Source: an archaeon
GTDB lineage: Archaea > EX4484-52 > B79-G9
Direction: 5' to 3'
NCBI GenBank assembly: GCA_043813875.1
Contig: JBDRKP010000006.1
Span: 1-18,288, forward strand
Length of the DNA stretch: 18,288 nucleotides
The translations under genes and the position numbers were made by a program. Shown here in pieces: positions 1 through 7,165 of this stretch; position 1 is the stretch's first letter; the number at the start of each line of letters is the position of its first letter. The notes beneath the pieces are model-generated. The model was given only the letters and a program-made list of their open reading frames with translations, was not told the DNA's origin and ran no database searches.

Positions 1-12
1 CAAAAACAAACA

Positions 13-20
13 TTTATAAA
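13..20 (+). promoter_or_regulatory. Archaeal TATA box for the 5S rRNA
   Basis: TTTATAAA preceded by an A-rich BRE-like stretch, 22-29 nt upstream of the 5S 5' end. Confidence 0.6.
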
Positions 21-41
21 CTTAATTGTTCAACTTTAAAC

Positions 42-155
42 TCTGGCGGTCATAGCGGAGAGGAAACACCCGATCCCATTCCGAACTCGGAAGTTAAGCT
101 CTCCAGCGATTTGAGTTGTACTGTCTTTCGACGGGAACCTCATGACGCTGCCAGG
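42..155 (+). rRNA. rrf: 5S ribosomal RNA
   Basis: Conserved core CATAGC...ACACCCGATCCCATTCCGAACTCGGAAGTTAAG. Helix I is CTGGCGGT (43-50) paired with GCTGCCAG (147-154). Loop E has GTA/GAA. Confidence 0.96.
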
Positions 156-234
156 CTCTTAATATTTATCCGCAAACGTCCACATATTTCTCTAAACTCT
201 ACTATACCATAAGACTAGGGAAAATCAACAACGC

Positions 235-343
235 GCCCCTGTAGTGTAGCCGGCCTATCATCGAGGACTGTCACTCCTTGGACTCGGGTTCAAAACATGC
301 AACGCACAAAGTTTTGCATCTGAAAATCCCGACGGGGGCGCCA
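235..343 (+). tRNA. tRNA-Asp(GTC) with a 32-nt intron in the T-loop (295-326) and encoded CCA
   Basis: Acceptor stem GCCCCTG/CGGGGGC, discriminator G340, CCA 341-343. Anticodon arm GAGGA-CT-GTC-AC-TCCTT (anticodon 270-272). T stem TCGGG/CCCGA. Removing 295-326 restores the TTCAAAT T-loop. Confidence 0.95.
295..326 (+). other. Archaeal tRNA intron at non-canonical position 59/60
   Basis: Bulge-helix-bulge: central helix TTCA(289-292)/TGAA(321-324), 3-nt bulges AAA(293-295) and AAT(325-327), intron stem ATGCAA/TTGCAT. Confidence 0.88.
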
Positions 344-514
344 CCAATCTCCGTCATATTCTGTCAGCAAAACGACATATCTTTCATCAAATCACGAAGT
401 ATAGATTTCATTAAAAACAAGCACTATAACACCCTTATAAAACGAAAAAAGTAACACATATAAAGCTTCGTGCATCATATCATAATCTTCTTAAAGTAAG
501 GGGAGGAACAAAAT

Positions 515-1105
515 ATGCTATTAGACATAGTGCTCGGCTCAAAGGCATCATTCAGGATACTATCCGTGCTGACAAAACATCCTGGACGCGGATTCACAAA
601 AGAAGATATTAAAAAAATGACCAGACTCGGTGGAAACTCCATATTCAGGACAATGAACATCCTGGAAAAAAACAGCATAATCACAGGAAACAAATCAGGA
701 AGAAAGACATATTACAGACTAAACCTTTGCAACAAATACATACCACACATAACCGGGATATGCCACATGGAAAGAGAAGACTTAAACAACATGGACTCTG
801 AGATTGCGACAATGCTAAGAGAATACACCCGCCAGATCGCCGACGCGATCGAAGTGGACTCAGTATACGTATTCGGATCGACAGTAAAGAACAACTACAC
901 CACAAATTCAGATGTCGACATCGCCCTCGTATTCAAAGAAGAGATAGACAGCAACTCAAGACTGAAACTAAAAGATATCTCAAGAAAAGTCGAGACCAGA
1001 TTCAAGAAAGACATAGACGAGCATATCTTCAAAAAAGAAGATTTCATGAAGAGGACGATACCATACTCTGAAGCAGTGCATCGCGACGGCATCCGTCTAA
1101 TATGA
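515..1105 (+). CDS. Winged-HTH plus minimal nucleotidyltransferase (MNT/Pol-beta-like) protein
   Basis: N-terminal wHTH (wing GRKTYYRLN) and C-terminal VYVFGS...SDVDIALV motif. GGAGG lies upstream of the ATG. Confidence 0.85.
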   Translation: MLLDIVLGSKASFRILSVLTKHPGRGFTKEDIKKMTRLGGNSIFRTMNILEKNSIITGNKSGRKTYYRLNLCNKYIPHITGICHMEREDLNNMDSEIATMLREYTRQIADAIEVDSVYVFGSTVKNNYTTNSDVDIALVFKEEIDSNSRLKLKDISRKVETRFKKDIDEHIFKKEDFMKRTIPYSEAVHRDGIRLI

Positions 1106-1486
1106 GCGCGGTTGTCTTTCAGCCAGGACTTTATACAATCTCTCGACAGACATCCTGTTTATCTTCTTGCCGAAACACGAATGAGGGACAAGAGCCCCCG
1201 AAAAAGTCTTCGGTATATGCATCAGTTCATGTATCAGCGTCCTGTCCTGGTCTTCCTTGGACTGCTTGTCAAAATACCCTGAAAGCACTTCAAGGATATA
1301 ATGCGCCTCAAGCCCGAGCGCCTTCTGCCATATCCGCGGCAGCGACCATATACGGGCATATGCACGGGCCTTGGAATCAGACGACCTCATGCATATGACA
1401 TTCTGCGCAGTGATATGGCCGAGATCAAGTGTCTCGATAATCTTATTGACGCGCTCCTGGACATCATGAGCAGACTCGAACTTCAT
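1097..1486 (-). CDS. Putative HExxH metallopeptidase (phage-metallopeptidase-like archaeal family)
   Basis: RS..SKARAYARIWSLP.IWQ.AL and TLIHELMHIP.TFSGAL.PH motifs. Start taken at MKFESA (1486). Confidence 0.8.
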   Translation of the reverse strand: MKFESAHDVQERVNKIIETLDLGHITAQNVICMRSSDSKARAYARIWSLPRIWQKALGLEAHYILEVLSGYFDKQSKEDQDRTLIHELMHIPKTFSGALVPHSCFGKKINRMSVERLYKVLAERQPRSY

Positions 1487-1515
1487 AAGCCATTTTAACA
1501 TCTGAACCTTTTAAG

Positions 1516-2796
1516 TTATTTCCGTTTCTTACCCCAGCACTCAAGCGCCTCCTTCAGCTCCAGAAAATCCTTTGGCACCTTCTTTGCATCCATATCAAGC
1601 ATCTCGACAGCCTGCCTTATCGCCCTTGCGCCAGCCGTCGTACCGCGCGGATGCCCATGGCAGCCGCCACCGAACTGCATGATTATATCCCTGCCCATAT
1701 ACTTCACGACATCAGGCACAGAACCCGGATGAAGGCCGCCCGAAGCCACAGGAATGACCGGCTTTTTAGAATACCAGTTCTGCAAAAGCACATCTTTCGC
1801 ATCATCATGAGTCACAAGCCCCCCCGTGATATTCTCCTGTATCAGAAGAACCTCCTTGCCGGACCCGTGCATCTTACCGACAATCGCCCCTATATGAAGC
1901 TGATCGACACCGATAAGCCGGCAGATCTTCGCGATAGCAAGCATCGATATTCCATGCACAGGACTCCTCGTCAGCGCCCCATGCATCGCCCGATGCGCAT
2001 GTATGACAAGCCCAAGATCAGCGTCCCGAAGCGTCTGTAGCGCCGAAAAGCCCGCAGTCAGTACGTCGATCATCACATACTCGCCGCCATGCGCCTTCAC
2101 GAACCTCGCGCGGCGAAGCATCTCATTTGCCTCCGCAGTCACATTAGGCATATAGAACTTCCTCTCCCCGGCCTCTATCTCAGCCTTCTCCCTCGCCCTA
2201 AGCGTAAGCTGTACCCGCTCATTGAAAGGATTGAACTTAAGAGAAGTGAGATTCTCATCATCCTTGACAATATCAAGGCCGCCGACCCACGCATTATACG
2301 CGACCAAAGCATGGTTCTCTGCATCAAGACCCACCTTCGGCTTGATGATAGTACCGACAAGAGGCCTCTTCTTCACGCCAGTCATCTCCCTTATGCCCTT
2401 GATCCCGAAAGCAGGCCCGGGGTTCGCTGTGACGATGCTCTTGGGAAACGATATATCAAGAAGCCTAAGCGACTTTACAGCGCTCATCCCGAATATATTC
2501 CCTGCGACACTCGAAAGGATCTGGGGAATATTATTGGCCTCAAACAGGCTGGCAGAATACGCGATCTTGACCGTGCCCGCATTCCTGTCAATCTCATATA
2601 CATGCGGCTTGAGCTTATTCATAAGCGCGCGCGACATCGTGCACACATCAGTCCACGTGCCGATAGACGACTCAGCAGCGATATGCTCACAAGCCCTCTC
2701 GATAGAGATACCATTAGGCACGATCCTGTATTTGGCAACAAGGTCAGTCGCAGCCGGCATGTACTTTAAATCAACATATTCATATTTCTCTGCCAT
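1516..2796 (-). CDS. rbcL: Form III RuBisCO large subunit (ribulose-1,5-bisphosphate carboxylase)
   Basis: AAESSIGT, AGNIFGM, GTIIKPKVG, KDDENL (carbamylation motif), HAHRAMHG, DQLHIG, GKM, ASGGLHP, GGGCHGHP. Start MAEKY with GGTGG upstream. Confidence 0.96.
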   Translation of the reverse strand: MAEKYEYVDLKYMPAATDLVAKYRIVPNGISIERACEHIAAESSIGTWTDVCTMSRALMNKLKPHVYEIDRNAGTVKIAYSASLFEANNIPQILSSVAGNIFGMSAVKSLRLLDISFPKSIVTANPGPAFGIKGIREMTGVKKRPLVGTIIKPKVGLDAENHALVAYNAWVGGLDIVKDDENLTSLKFNPFNERVQLTLRAREKAEIEAGERKFYMPNVTAEANEMLRRARFVKAHGGEYVMIDVLTAGFSALQTLRDADLGLVIHAHRAMHGALTRSPVHGISMLAIAKICRLIGVDQLHIGAIVGKMHGSGKEVLLIQENITGGLVTHDDAKDVLLQNWYSKKPVIPVASGGLHPGSVPDVVKYMGRDIIMQFGGGCHGHPRGTTAGARAIRQAVEMLDMDAKKVPKDFLELKEALECWGKKRK

Positions 2797-2884
2797 CAAA
2801 ACCACCATCAATCATAATTATAAAATATTTGTCCATTCCTGTATACAATATTTAGACAAAAAAACAAAAGCAAAAAATCTAAAT

Positions 2885-3202
2885 CTACTTCCTCAGCTTG
2901 ACAGCAGTCCCGTACGCTAAAAGCTCTGCAGCCGAAGCCATGATCTGCGACGTCTGGAATCGCACATTGACAACCGCATCAGCGCCAAGCCTCTTCGCAT
3001 CATCAACCATCCTCTTCTCAGCCTCGACTCTTGCCTCAGTCAGCATCTCAGTATACTCCTTAAGCTCGCCGCCGACAATCTGCCGAAGCGCGGCCACAAT
3101 ATCCTTCCCGAACCACTTGGCCCGGATAGTATTCCCCTTGACAAGCCCAAGAGTCTCGACAATCTCATATCCCTGCACAAAATCCGTATTCACAACAATC
3201 AT
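2885..3202 (-). CDS. YbjQ/UPF0145 family protein
   Basis: GLVKGNTIRAKWFGKDI.A.LRQIVGGELKEYT...GADAVVNVRF...AYGTAV. GGTGA precedes the ATG at 3202. Confidence 0.93.
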   Translation of the reverse strand: MIVVNTDFVQGYEIVETLGLVKGNTIRAKWFGKDIVAALRQIVGGELKEYTEMLTEARVEAEKRMVDDAKRLGADAVVNVRFQTSQIMASAAELLAYGTAVKLRK

Positions 3203-3216
3203 CTTCATCACCCGTC

Positions 3217-3447
3217 TCAATTCTTAGATAACAATTTCTCATCCTCAACCGAATCCCTCATCCGCTCACGCACGAGCTGAACAATGATAACCAGAAGCCC
3301 AAAAAAAACAAGACCGACACCGGCCTTGATCACAATTGGCACTTCAGCGCCCATAAACCCGGCAATGAAATTATAGAAAAAATAACCCAAAAGAACAACA
3401 ACCCCGCTGGAAAATATGACAATTCCGGCATTCTTGACCTTATCCAT
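3217..3447 (-). CDS. Small two-TM membrane protein
   Basis: 76 aa with two hydrophobic helices and a charged C-terminal tail, co-oriented directly upstream of the YbjQ gene. Confidence 0.75.
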   Translation of the reverse strand: MDKVKNAGIVIFSSGVVVLLGYFFYNFIAGFMGAEVPIVIKAGVGLVFFGLLVIIVQLVRERMRDSVEDEKLLSKN

Positions 3448-3469
3448 GACACATAATTAAACTTCAGAC

Positions 3470-3497
3470 TATAAAAAACTAAACCATCCTTTAAATA
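3470..3497. promoter_or_regulatory. Back-to-back TATA boxes for divergent, probably leaderless transcripts
   Basis: Minus-strand TTTTTATA (3470-3477) lies 23-30 nt before ATG 3447. Plus-strand TTTAAATA (3490-3497) lies 23-30 nt before ATG 3520. Confidence 0.45.
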
Positions 3498-3519
3498 TTT
3501 CTGGATATCATAATCTCAC

Positions 3520-4071
3520 ATGTTGATATACTTCGCGACAGGAAACAATAACAAGCTCAAAGAATTCAGGAACGCCCTGGCCCCGTCAGGCATCGAGATA
3601 GAGCACATAGACATAGATTACCCTGAAATAAGATCAGACGACATTGAAGAGATCGCGAAGTCGGGCGCAATCTACGTCTCAAACAAAACCGACAAGCCAG
3701 TCATCGTCGAAGACACAGGCCTTTTCATAGGATCGCTGAACGGCTTTCCAGGCGCATACACAAAATGGGTCCACCAGAAAATAGGCCACGAGGGCTTATT
3801 CCGCCTCCTGGAAGAAAAAGACCGCAGGGCAGAATTCAGGACCTGCATCGCCTTCTCTGAACCCGGCCGCGAACCGGTCACATTCATCGGCATCGCAAAA
3901 GGCACACTCATACTGGAAGAAAGAGGAAAAGAGGGCTGGGGCCACGACCCGATATTCATACCTGAAGGCTACGACAGGACATGGGCACAAGATCCCGAAC
4001 TGAAATCAAGGACATCGCACAGGGCCCGTGCGATAGAGAAATTCAGGGAATGGCTGAAGAAAAAAAGATAA
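3520..4071 (+). CDS. rdgB: RdgB/HAM1 family non-canonical purine NTP (dITP/XTP) pyrophosphatase
   Basis: FATGNNNKLKE, VEDTGL...LNGFPGAYTK, GWGHDPIFIPEG and SHRARA motifs. Confidence 0.95.
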   Translation: MLIYFATGNNNKLKEFRNALAPSGIEIEHIDIDYPEIRSDDIEEIAKSGAIYVSNKTDKPVIVEDTGLFIGSLNGFPGAYTKWVHQKIGHEGLFRLLEEKDRRAEFRTCIAFSEPGREPVTFIGIAKGTLILEERGKEGWGHDPIFIPEGYDRTWAQDPELKSRTSHRARAIEKFREWLKKKR

Positions 4072-4094
4072 AGATAAGACAACAAGGTGATTTC

Positions 4095-5360
4095 ATGACC
4101 GCGACAATAATTATCGGAACGCAATTCGGAGACGAAGGAAAAGGAAAGATAATAGACTACCTCGCAGACGGATCAGACATAATAGCCCGCTTCCAGGGTG
4201 GAAACAACGCAGGCCACACACTTGTGGTAGGCGACGAGACATTCAAGCTGCACCTGATCCCTTCAGGCGTCCTCCATGATGACAAGACAGTTGTGATAGG
4301 CAGCGGCGTAGTCATCGACATCAGGATACTATGCGAAGAGATAGACGAGTTGAAAAAAAGAGGCCACTCAGTAGAAAACCTGAAGATCGCAGGCAACGCC
4401 CATGTGATCATGCCATGGCACAGGGCGCTCGACAATCACGAAGAAAGCAGGCGCAAAAAAAAGATAGGCACGACAGGCCGCGGAATCGGCCCTGCATACA
4501 TGTTCAAGGCAGGCCGCTCAGACGCCATCCGCATATACGACTTCAAAGACGATGACAGGCTCAAAAAAAAGATCAAAGAGATACTCGAAAAAAACAGAGA
4601 CGACTTCATGCGCATCGGATACGGACAGGAAGAAAAAGCCCTCATAAAAGAATATACCGTATACGCAAAAAACATAAGGCACTACATATGCGATGTATCA
4701 GATTACCTCAACAACTCGCTTGACAGCGGCAAAAAAGTGCTCTTCGAAGGCGCACAGGGCACGCTTCTTGACATCGACCACGGCACATTCCCATTCGTCA
4801 CGTCATCAAACACCATCGCAGCCGCAGCCTGCACAGGCTCAGGCATTGGCCCGGGCAGGATAACAGAAATCCTCGGCGTCGTGAAGGCCTACACGACACG
4901 CGTCGGAGAAGGCCCTTTTCCCACCGAACTGGACAACGAAACAGGCGAAAATTTAAGAAAAAACGGGCACGAATTCGGCACGACAACAGGAAGGCCGAGA
5001 AGATGCGGCTGGCTGGATCTCGTCATGCTCAACTACGCAAAAAACCTGAACAGCCTCACAGGCATCATGATCACGAAACTGGACGTCCTGACCGGCCTTG
5101 AAAAAATAAAAGTATGCACAGGATACATGATAGAAAAAAAAGAGACAAGAACATACCCTAAAGACCCGGATGACCTGAAAAAAGCAGAACCCTTATACAA
5201 AGAATTCAACGGCTGGACCGAAGACATAACAGGAATAAAAAACTACAAAGATCTTCCACAAAACGCAAAAATCTACCTGGACTTCATCAAAAAGAATCTT
5301 GCCATCCCGATAAAAATCATATCCGTAGGCCCGAAAAGAGACGAGACAATAGTTGTTTGA
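4095..5360 (+). CDS. purA: Adenylosuccinate synthetase (long, ~421 aa type)
   Basis: QFGDEGKGK, GGNNAGHT, IGTTGRGIGPAY, EGAQG, GTFPFVTSS, EFGTTTGRPRRCGWLD, TKLDVL. AGGTGA SD before ATG 4095. Confidence 0.98.
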   Translation: MTATIIIGTQFGDEGKGKIIDYLADGSDIIARFQGGNNAGHTLVVGDETFKLHLIPSGVLHDDKTVVIGSGVVIDIRILCEEIDELKKRGHSVENLKIAGNAHVIMPWHRALDNHEESRRKKKIGTTGRGIGPAYMFKAGRSDAIRIYDFKDDDRLKKKIKEILEKNRDDFMRIGYGQEEKALIKEYTVYAKNIRHYICDVSDYLNNSLDSGKKVLFEGAQGTLLDIDHGTFPFVTSSNTIAAAACTGSGIGPGRITEILGVVKAYTTRVGEGPFPTELDNETGENLRKNGHEFGTTTGRPRRCGWLDLVMLNYAKNLNSLTGIMITKLDVLTGLEKIKVCTGYMIEKKETRTYPKDPDDLKKAEPLYKEFNGWTEDITGIKNYKDLPQNAKIYLDFIKKNLAIPIKIISVGPKRDETIVV

Positions 5361-5368
5361 GGATAAAA

Positions 5369-5932
5369 ATGAGCCGAGAAGTTAAAGACCGGACAATTCT
5401 CGACAGATTCGCAGAAGACTTTGCCAGAATCATAGAAAAACACACAAAATACATAATAGTCTCCGGATTTGTTGCAATCGCACACGGCAGAAGCAGGGGA
5501 ACCGAAGACATAGACATGATAATAGAACGGATAGAAAAAGAGACATTTATAAAAATTCACACGGATCTAAAAGCAAATAACTTCGAATGTATCCAATCAG
5601 AAGACCCAAACATAATATATGACGACTATCTTAAAGACAACCTCAGCGTGCGGTACATAAGAAAAGGAAGTTTCATACCAGAAATGGAGTTGAAACTTGC
5701 AAAAGATCGCCTTGACAACTACCAGATTGAAACAAGAAAAAAACTACCTCTTACAGGACTTGACCTCTACTTCTCAAGCATCGAGATGAACATCGCATTT
5801 AAAGAAGAACTTCTGAAATCCGAAAAAGACATTGAAGACGCACAACACTTGCGCATTGTGTATGAAGACAATCTCGACGAAAATGAGATCGATAAAATAA
5901 AACAAGAGATAAGGAGAATGTTATTGCCATGA
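5369..5932 (+). CDS. Putative nucleotidyltransferase-fold protein (DUF6036/AbiEii-like)
   Basis: YIIVSGFVAIAHGRSRGTEDIDMII matches G-x-A-x-HG-x-R-x-T-x-D-x-D. C-terminal K...SEKDIEDA. GAGGA SD before ATG 5369. Confidence 0.7.
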   Translation: MSREVKDRTILDRFAEDFARIIEKHTKYIIVSGFVAIAHGRSRGTEDIDMIIERIEKETFIKIHTDLKANNFECIQSEDPNIIYDDYLKDNLSVRYIRKGSFIPEMELKLAKDRLDNYQIETRKKLPLTGLDLYFSSIEMNIAFKEELLKSEKDIEDAQHLRIVYEDNLDENEIDKIKQEIRRMLLP

Positions 5933-6135
5933 GAGACAGAACACACACAGAGCAGGTAAAGAGATGGGCGACATTCGTAAAAAATCACCCGCGTTCAGTT
6001 TGGATAAAAGAAGTAGGTCCGCTAATTGACGGAGAGATAACCTTGGCAAACAATTTTTATGCGCGCCTGGCAAAAACAAAAGGAGGTATGGAAAAAATTA
6101 AAAAACTAAGAGAAATAAGAAAAAGAAAAACCTAA
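5929..6135 (+). CDS. Small basic helical hypothetical protein, partner of the upstream NTase
   Basis: ATGA start/stop overlap with the upstream gene and AGGAG upstream. 68 aa. Confidence 0.7.
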   Translation: MRDRTHTEQVKRWATFVKNHPRSVWIKEVGPLIDGEITLANNFYARLAKTKGGMEKIKKLREIRKRKT

Positions 6136-6157
6136 AAACCAAAAAAAAACACTAATT

Positions 6158-6306
6158 CTATAGTTGCTCGCATAACTATAGTGAAGGCACTAATAAATTG
6201 AGCAGAGTGCCTTCCAATATAGAACAAGGCAAATTGGTTTTTGGCGATGTTTGCTCATTTATTTCATGCCTTGACTATATTTATACAAAAATGCGAGCAA
6301 TCTATA
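6158..6306. repeat. ~150-nt imperfect fold-back (nested inverted repeats) between convergent genes
   Basis: TATAG-TTGCTCGCAT (6159-6173) pairs with ATGCGAGCAA-t-CTATA (6291-6306). TATAGTgAAGGCA (6177-6189) pairs with TGCCTTgACTATA (6267-6279). AATAAAtTGAGCA (6192-6204) pairs with TGCTCATTTATT (6252-6263). CCAAT pairs with ATTGG at the apex. Confidence 0.85.
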
Positions 6307-6354
6307 TGGACAAAGCAGATTAATTGTAAATGCAATTGTGCTTTTTACTATAAA

Positions 6355-7164
6355 TTAGAACCCCTTCCGCTCCAATATAGACTTGACCGACCTGATATCC
6401 GTATAAGGTGGAGCCAGACAGACAACAAAATCATCGTCAAGCTTGCTCAACTCAGAGATATAATCTTCATATGAATCAGCCAAATCATATGCCTTGAAAT
6501 TGCAGACCAGAACCTTCTTTCTGTCACCGCAGACATCTTTCATGGTACATGCAATATCCAGCGCTTTTCCAACAGTATTGCAGGCAGAGCCCAGTATCAG
6601 GCCATCAATATTCCTGTCCCGCAAAACCTGCCTTGTACGCTCAGGCGTTGATCTCCCGCCATAGATGAAATAAGGAGTTGCTCCATCACCATATCTTATT
6701 TTAACAAATAGCCTCATTTTCTGGATACACAAAGATATGAGTTCCGGCTGGGGCGGTGACATATCATCGCGGCCGCTGCCTCTTGACCCCCACTTTGGCT
6801 CATAACCAAGAATCACAGAAGACATGAATTCTCCCGGGACATCCCTGAATATGACACCTAATCTGGACATCATCATTTCAGCTATTCTTTGTGCACTATT
6901 AGTTTCAAATTCATCCCGGCTTTCACCCACTAAAATGACAAATCTAAAAGAAGAGAGATCATAATGGCTTTTTTTAATGACAGATAGCAGTTTCTTGTTA
7001 ATGATTTCCGGTGAATCCCCTGCTTCAGAATGACCTAAAATAACGCCGGATGCACCCGCTTTAAATATCTGGTTCGAACTGATATCACCGGTCCTTGCAA
7101 AAGGATCATATCCATCCCCGTCATATATTTCAAAATTCTGCGCAATCACACCGATATAGGCCAT
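6355..7164 (-). CDS. Triosephosphate isomerase-like protein, circularly permuted (269 aa)
   Basis: Motifs in order: IAQN, ARTGDIS, VILGHSE, LVGES, GYEPKW, IYGG, IDGLILG, then RKKVLVCNFK and VCLAPPY at the C-terminus. ATG 7164 lies 1 nt after the HAD stop, with a GGTGG SD. Confidence 0.88.
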   Translation of the reverse strand: MAYIGVIAQNFEIYDGDGYDPFARTGDISSNQIFKAGASGVILGHSEAGDSPEIINKKLLSVIKKSHYDLSSFRFVILVGESRDEFETNSAQRIAEMMMSRLGVIFRDVPGEFMSSVILGYEPKWGSRGSGRDDMSPPQPELISLCIQKMRLFVKIRYGDGATPYFIYGGRSTPERTRQVLRDRNIDGLILGSACNTVGKALDIACTMKDVCGDRKKVLVCNFKAYDLADSYEDYISELSKLDDDFVVCLAPPYTDIRSVKSILERKGF

Positions 7165-7165
7165 A

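Noticed and set aside
1516..2796. RuBisCO-like protein (form IV) or a Calvin cycle locus
   Set aside because: The catalytic motifs checked are intact and form III-like. No small subunit or phosphoribulokinase gene is in the window.
1651..2920. Long plus-strand ORFs (129, 226, 232 aa) opposite RuBisCO
   Set aside because: Antisense shadows of a well-supported gene, with no recognisable motifs.
3981..4094. N-terminal extension of PurA in the ORF track
   Set aside because: It overlaps rdgB. An AGGTGA SD and family homology place the start at 4095.
6190..6258. 22-codon minus-strand ORF (MSKHRQKPICLVLYWKALCSIY) inside the fold-back, as a type I toxin
   Set aside because: Weakly hydrophobic, no clear SD, and ORFs this short arise by chance. 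Not excluded, but unsupported.
6158..6306. Integron attC site or CRISPR repeat
   Set aside because: No matching RYYYAAC/GTTRRRY ends, no integrase in the window, and no repeat-spacer periodicity.
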